From positions 1 to 32,000 of the forward strand of contig NZ_QLIR01000002.1 in the NCBI RefSeq assembly GCF_003428155.1: a DNA stretch of 32,000 nt. Reading direction: 5' to 3'. This stretch comes from Fastidiosibacter lacustris (lineage in GTDB: Bacteria; Pseudomonadota; Gammaproteobacteria; Francisellales; Francisellaceae). Numbering within the stretch: the stretch's first letter is position 1; each line of letters starts with the position of its first letter. Made by a program: the position numbers and the translations under genes. Below the pieces are notes generated by a model. It saw nothing but the letters and a program-made list of their open reading frames with translations, had not been told where the DNA came from and searched no databases. Shown here piece after piece: positions 27,382-32,000 of the stretch.

Positions 27382-28257
27382 ATGAGTGATAGATTGCAAA
27401 TTAATGTTGGTTTAGCTGAAATGCTAAAAGGTGGCGTTATTATGGATGTGGTCACTGCAGAGCAAGCTAAAATTGCAGAAGATGCAGGTGCAGTAGCGGT
27501 TATGGCATTAGAACGTGTGCCAGCAGATATTCGTAAGGATGGTGGCGTGGCTCGTATGTCAGATCCTAAGCTTATCAAAGAAATCATGGCAGCAGTGACA
27601 ATTCCTGTGATGGCAAAAGTGCGCATTGGTCACTTTGTTGAGGCGCAAATTTTGCAAGCATTAGGAGTTGACTTTATTGATGAAAGTGAAGTGTTAACGC
27701 CAGCAGACGATGAAAATCACATTAATAAACACGATTTTAAAGTACCGTTTGTATGTGGCTGCAGTAACTTAGCTGAAGCATTACGTCGTATAGGTGAAGG
27801 TGCTGCTTTAATTCGTACTAAAGGCGAAGCAGGGACTGGAGATGTCATTCAAGCTGTCAAGCAGATGCGTGCAATTAATAGACAAATTCGTGAAGTACAA
27901 ATGGCAGATAGCACTGAGCTTATGGCAATTGCTAAAAAATTGGCTGCACCTTATGAACTTGTTCAATATGTGCATAAGAATGGTAAACTGCCTGTACCAA
28001 ACTTCTCAGCTGGTGGTATCGCAACACCAGCTGATGCAGCAATCATGATGCAGCTTGGTGCAGAAACTGTATTTGTTGGCTCAGGAATTTTTAAATCAAG
28101 TAACCCTAAAAAACGTGCTGAGGCGATTGTCAGCGCAGTCACACACTTTAATGACCCAGATGTTTTAGCAGCAGTTTCAGAAGATTTGGGTGGCGCAATG
28201 ACAGGAATTAATTGTGATCACTTACTACCTCATGAAATGTTCTCATCAAGAGGATGA
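27382..28257 (+). CDS. pdxS: Pyridoxal 5'-phosphate synthase lyase subunit PdxS
   Basis: The ATG at 27382 has GGAG 7 nt upstream. The product has [37 protein letters not shown] and GTGDV motifs. The ORF-track start at 27325 adds a non-conserved extension. Confidence 0.94.
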   Translation: MSDRLQINVGLAEMLKGGVIMDVVTAEQAKIAEDAGAVAVMALERVPADIRKDGGVARMSDPKLIKEIMAAVTIPVMAKVRIGHFVEAQILQALGVDFIDESEVLTPADDENHINKHDFKVPFVCGCSNLAEALRRIGEGAALIRTKGEAGTGDVIQAVKQMRAINRQIREVQMADSTELMAIAKKLAAPYELVQYVHKNGKLPVPNFSAGGIATPADAAIMMQLGAETVFVGSGIFKSSNPKKRAEAIVSAVTHFNDPDVLAAVSEDLGGAMTGINCDHLLPHEMFSSRG

Positions 28258-28263
28258 TTTAAT

Positions 28264-28809
28264 ATGAACGTTGGTGTTTTAGCACTTCAAGGTGCTTATC
28301 ATGCTCATCAAAAGAGAATACAAGAGTTAGGTATTCATTGTATTCTGGTGAAAACAGAAGCCGCTTTATCGCGAGTTGATGCACTTATTTTACCAGGTGG
28401 TGAAAGTACCACTATGACCTATTTATTGCAAAAGCATGATCTTTGGGCTCCATTGGCAAAGAGAGTACGTGAGATTCCTGTTTTTGCTACATGTGCTGGC
28501 GTAATTTTATTGCAAAGGTTTGGTGCCTTAAATATTGATATAATACGCAATGGCTATGGTCGTCAACTTGAAAGTGGGATTTTTCCATTACATGTTGCAT
28601 TTAATGGTCAAAGAGAGAAAATAGATGGTTTTTTTATTCGTGCACCTGTTATTAGCGCAGTGCATGATAAAGATATTGAGGTGTTGTCCTATTACCAAGA
28701 AAAGCCAGCTTTGATTAAAAAGCATAAGATTCTCGCTGCGACTTTTCACCCTGAATTATGTCAAAGCTCTCCTATTCATAAATATTTTATTCGGCTAGCC
28801 AGAACTTAA
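28264..28809 (+). CDS. pdxT: Pyridoxal 5'-phosphate synthase glutaminase subunit PdxT
   Basis: The 181-aa product has VGVLALQG, LPGGESTT, a catalytic Cys in ATCAGVILL and the C-terminal FHPEL. It lies 6 nt after pdxS. Confidence 0.9.
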   Translation: MNVGVLALQGAYHAHQKRIQELGIHCILVKTEAALSRVDALILPGGESTTMTYLLQKHDLWAPLAKRVREIPVFATCAGVILLQRFGALNIDIIRNGYGRQLESGIFPLHVAFNGQREKIDGFFIRAPVISAVHDKDIEVLSYYQEKPALIKKHKILAATFHPELCQSSPIHKYFIRLART

Positions 28810-28897
28810 GTGCATATTATTTAAAGTTTATAAGCTTATTCATCTCAATAAAACGAATAAAACACTTTTATTATTTTTTCTTAAAACTATGAGTCTA

Positions 28898-28906
28898 TGT
28901 TAAAAT
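28898..28906 (+). promoter_or_regulatory. Extended -10 promoter element candidate for nadA
   Basis: TGtTAAAAT lies at 28898-28906, 42 nt upstream of the nadA GTG. It is the same 9-mer as upstream of guaB. Confidence 0.3.
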
Positions 28907-28947
28907 CCAGTCACATTACCATATATTGTAATAGCTGAGATATAAAA

Positions 28948-29985
28948 GTGATTACTGAAGTCGAGTTTCACTCACGTGTTACCAAGGTTTGGCCAAAACT
29001 TAAAGCAATGCAGATTGAAAGTGAAGAGCAAAAAGCATTTTATCGCGATAAAATTAAGCGTTTACTTAAAGAGAAAAATATTTGTTTAATAGCACACTAC
29101 TATGTGGACTCTGATATTCAAGCACTAGCGGAAGAAACAGGTGGAATGCTTGGCGATTCACTTGCTATGGCGCGCTTTGGTAAAGATCATCCATCACAAA
29201 CGCTTGTTGTGGCAGGTGTGCGTTTTATGGGGGAAAGCGCCAAGATTCTTTCTCCTCACAAAAAGGTTATTATGCCGACACTAGAGGCTGAATGTTCTTT
29301 AGATGTAAGCTGTCAAGAGAATGAGTTTAAGGAATTTATTGCTTTGCATCCAGACCGTACCGTTGTCGTATATGTCAATACCTCTGCGCGTATCAAAGCA
29401 TTGGCAGATTGGACGGTTACCTCATCTAATGCACTTCAAATTTGTGAGTACTTAGATCAGCAAGGTGAAAAGATACTTTGGGCACCAGATAAGTACTTAG
29501 GACGCTGGATTGAGGAACAAACTGGAGCAGATATGGTACATTATAATGGTGCTTGTATCGTGCATGAGGAATTTAAAGCGCGTGCACTATTGGACTTAAA
29601 AGCGCAATATCCAGAAGCAGCAATTTTGGTTCATCCTGAGTCACCTAAAGAAATTGTAGCACTAGCTAATGTGGTAGGGTCAACTTCTCAATTGCTGGAA
29701 GCCTCTAAAAAATTACCCAATCCTGTTTTTATCGTGGCAACAGAAGCAGGCATTTTCTATAAAATGAAACAATCTTCACCCAATAAAATTTTTATTGAAG
29801 CACCAACAATCGGTAAGGGTGCGACATGTAAGGCTTGTGCACATTGCCCTTGGATGGGAATGAATAGTTTGAAAAACTTGGCAGAAGTCCTAGAACGTGA
29901 AGATAATGAGATTATCTTGCCGAAAGATATTTGTGAATGTGCTATGGTTCCGTTAACGAGAATGGTTGAGTTCAATAATAAGTAA
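28948..29985 (+). CDS. nadA: Quinolinate synthase
   Basis: The 345-aa product aligns along its length with E. coli NadA ([74 protein letters not shown]). The GTG start is consistent with that alignment. Confidence 0.94.
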   Translation: MITEVEFHSRVTKVWPKLKAMQIESEEQKAFYRDKIKRLLKEKNICLIAHYYVDSDIQALAEETGGMLGDSLAMARFGKDHPSQTLVVAGVRFMGESAKILSPHKKVIMPTLEAECSLDVSCQENEFKEFIALHPDRTVVVYVNTSARIKALADWTVTSSNALQICEYLDQQGEKILWAPDKYLGRWIEEQTGADMVHYNGACIVHEEFKARALLDLKAQYPEAAILVHPESPKEIVALANVVGSTSQLLEASKKLPNPVFIVATEAGIFYKMKQSSPNKIFIEAPTIGKGATCKACAHCPWMGMNSLKNLAEVLEREDNEIILPKDICECAMVPLTRMVEFNNK

Positions 29986-29994
29986 GCTACTGCT

Positions 29995-30438
29995 ATGAAT
30001 AATAACATACTAAACGTACAGGTAAGTGATTATCCTGCCTTGTTTGAAATTTGGAGTTGTGCAGTAAAAGCGACACATGATTTTTTGGAAGATAAAGATT
30101 TTAATTTTTTTAGCTCAAAGATCATTTCAGACTACTTTCCACAAGTAAAAATGTATAAGTATATATTAGATAAAAATATAGTTGGTTTCATGGGCGTTAG
30201 TGATAATCAACTTGAGATGTTATTTATTGATCCAAAATATTTTGGACAAGGGATTGGTAGAACATTAATTGAATTTTGCATAAATGAGCTAGCCATTTAC
30301 AAAGTAGATGTGAATGAAAAAAATAATGGGGCTGTTGAGTTCTATTTAAAGATGGGGTTTAGAGTTGTATCACGTCAAGAAGTGGACGGTTTGGGTAAAC
30401 CATATCCAATATTGAATATGAAACTAAAGGAAACTTAA
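29995..30438 (+). CDS. GNAT family N-acetyltransferase (YiaC/YjaB-like)
   Basis: The 147-aa product has IWSCAVKATHDFL, the acetyl-CoA motif FIDPKYFGQGIGRTLI and NNGAVEFYLKMGF. Confidence 0.85.
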   Translation: MNNNILNVQVSDYPALFEIWSCAVKATHDFLEDKDFNFFSSKIISDYFPQVKMYKYILDKNIVGFMGVSDNQLEMLFIDPKYFGQGIGRTLIEFCINELAIYKVDVNEKNNGAVEFYLKMGFRVVSRQEVDGLGKPYPILNMKLKET

Positions 30439-30439
30439 A

Positions 30440-31309
30440 ATGAGTAATTTTTTACACCTAAAAACCGAACAAATTACGGCAGTGCCACAAATATTAGTCA
30501 CTAAGATGGTAACGCAAGCTTTAGCAGAAGATATTGATCAAGGTGATATTAATGCTCTATTGATTGATGAAAAGGAAATCTCTAAAGCCCGTGTTATTAC
30601 ACGTGAACCGATGATAATGTGTGGTTATGATTGGGTAAATGAAGTCTTTAAGCAAATTGATCCAAAGCTTCAATTACATTGGTATTACCATGATGGTGAT
30701 AAAATTTTAGCAAATAAAACCCTATTTGAAGTTGAGGGTTTGGCACGTGGCATTTTATCAGCTGAACGAAATGCACTTAATTTTTTGCAAATGCTGTCAG
30801 CTGTTGCTACGAAAACGAGGGAATATATTAAAGCAATAGAAGGAACAAATTGCAAAATTTTAGATACACGTAAAACCATTCCTGGATTTCGTTTAGCTCA
30901 GAAATATGCAGTGACTTGTGGTGGTGGAGTAAACCACCGAATTGGGCTGTTTGATGCTTTTTTAATTAAAGAAAATCACATTGCTGCTTGTAATCATTCA
31001 ATTATCAAAGCTGTTGAAAAGGCACATGAAATTGCGCCTCATAAATTAGTTGAAGTGGAAGTTGAAAATTTCGATGAATTAAATGAAGCATTAAGTGCTA
31101 AAGCAGATGTTATTATGTTGGATAACTTTAGTATTGAAGATATGAAAAAAGCGGTAAGTATTGCTAAAGGGCAAGCACAGCTAGAAGCTTCAGGTAACAT
31201 ATCACTTGATACGATTTATGCAGTAGCACAAACAGGAGTGGATTTTATCTCAATAGGAGCATTAACTAAACATATTCAAGCGATTGATTTATCGATGCGT
31301 TTTTTCTAA
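30440..31309 (+). CDS. nadC: Nicotinate-nucleotide diphosphorylase (quinolinate phosphoribosyltransferase)
   Basis: The 289-aa product has AERNALNFLQMLSAVAT, LDTRKTIPGFR, GGGVNHRIGLFDAFLIKENH, IMLDNF and GNISLDT. Confidence 0.94.
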   Translation: MSNFLHLKTEQITAVPQILVTKMVTQALAEDIDQGDINALLIDEKEISKARVITREPMIMCGYDWVNEVFKQIDPKLQLHWYYHDGDKILANKTLFEVEGLARGILSAERNALNFLQMLSAVATKTREYIKAIEGTNCKILDTRKTIPGFRLAQKYAVTCGGGVNHRIGLFDAFLIKENHIAACNHSIIKAVEKAHEIAPHKLVEVEVENFDELNEALSAKADVIMLDNFSIEDMKKAVSIAKGQAQLEASGNISLDTIYAVAQTGVDFISIGALTKHIQAIDLSMRFF

Positions 31310-31926
31310 TCTACATATCCAGCAATATTTTTGACTGTAAGACTTTTAGAAACTTGACTTTTATCTTTGAATGTTCCTAAAAACTTATCACCAAGGTAGC
31401 TTGTAATCCCCCAGCAATAGTTTTCGTTATGAAAATGGTGACGCATATGCGCACGTTTTAGCCTTTGTCCAACTTTTGTTTTAGGCTGGTAAGCTGGGGT
31501 GTGATGCGCTAGGTGCATCCATTCATAAAATAGATAATATAAAATACCAAAGGTGAACGGCACAAGTGCAACACTAAAGTTCCATGAAAGCAAAGCAAAT
31601 AACACATAGGTTTGGACAAGGTGGAGGATAATAGCAGGCCACGGTGCAAATAACAGCTCAATGTTTTGAGGATATTTGTGATGCGCATGATGTAGGCGAA
31701 TTTGAAAATTACGAAACCAGCCTGGCTTTTTACTGAGTTGTGCATGTAGCAGGTACTTATGTGCATACCATTCGTAGAAAGGTGCAATGATTATTGGTAA
31801 AAATAGCCACCAAAAATGTATGCTAAGAATATCTGTCTCGATAATAATTGCTAAAAAAGTCAAAAAGAAGAACCATAGGATCTGTATCGTACGGTGGGAG
31901 AAATAGACTTTTAAAATTGATTTCAT
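31306..31926 (-). CDS. Membrane fatty acid hydroxylase / sterol desaturase family protein
   Basis: The 206-aa product has about 4 TM segments and histidine boxes HKYLLH, HHAHHK, HLAHH and HMRHHFH, typical of the di-iron FA_hydroxylase superfamily. Confidence 0.8.
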   Translation of the reverse strand: MKSILKVYFSHRTIQILWFFFLTFLAIIIETDILSIHFWWLFLPIIIAPFYEWYAHKYLLHAQLSKKPGWFRNFQIRLHHAHHKYPQNIELLFAPWPAIILHLVQTYVLFALLSWNFSVALVPFTFGILYYLFYEWMHLAHHTPAYQPKTKVGQRLKRAHMRHHFHNENYCWGITSYLGDKFLGTFKDKSQVSKSLTVKNIAGYVD

Positions 31927-32000
31927 AGTTTAAATCGATTGTTTTTATTTGGTAAGCGATTTTAACAGTTGAATCGTTTGAGTGCTATATGTGTAACAAA

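Noticed and set aside
31306-31309. Convergent nadC and hydroxylase genes share overlapping stop codons (CTAA: TAA on +, TAG on -)
   Set aside because: This is real in the sequence but a common compaction feature. It only implies no intergenic terminator and has no further biological signal.

Overview
This window comes from a low-GC gammaproteobacterial chromosome. My hand counts of 60-nt windows give mostly mid-30s % GC, and many proteins align closely with E. coli orthologues. A FipA/FipB-like gene pair and PdxS/PdxT hint at a Francisellaceae/Thiotrichales-like or Legionellales-like lineage, but that is inference only. Only the first ~2.4 kb looks accessory. It holds the C-terminal end of an Rhs/YD polymorphic toxin that runs off the left edge. 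The toxin tip carries a Cys4/His (HNH/EndoVII-like) pattern, and a translationally coupled immunity-like gene overlaps its stop codon. A further tightly packed pair follows: a 174-aa protein with a signal-peptide-like N-terminus and a 116-aa strongly acidic protein. Next come a weak terminator, an 18-bp inverted repeat and a 22-nt fragment identical to the 3' end of tRNA-Lys(UUU). I read that fragment as the attR-type junction of a tRNA-Lys-integrated island. A truncated MFS-transporter remnant sits just beyond it. GC is visibly elevated (~50%) from about nt 420 to 1680, which suggests a swapped-in toxin-tip/immunity cassette. The remaining 2.7-32 kb is core housekeeping: nusB, cydA-cydB-cydX-like, a one-cysteine dksA, a fluoride riboswitch plus crcB, and yfaE-nrdB-nrdA preceded by a clear cobalamin riboswitch on the minus strand. 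It continues with a FipB-like DsbA lipoprotein and a FipA-like FKBP_N-only protein, rlmD, a stand-alone trpD-family gene, glnA, rppH-ptsP, an RND efflux pair, infA, rpe, guaB, pdxS-pdxT, nadA-GNAT-nadC and a membrane fatty-acid-hydroxylase-family gene. I found no CRISPR array, IS element, integrase, rRNA or intact tRNA. I see no convincing novel multi-gene system. The least explained part is the 1285-2171 gene pair at the island end.
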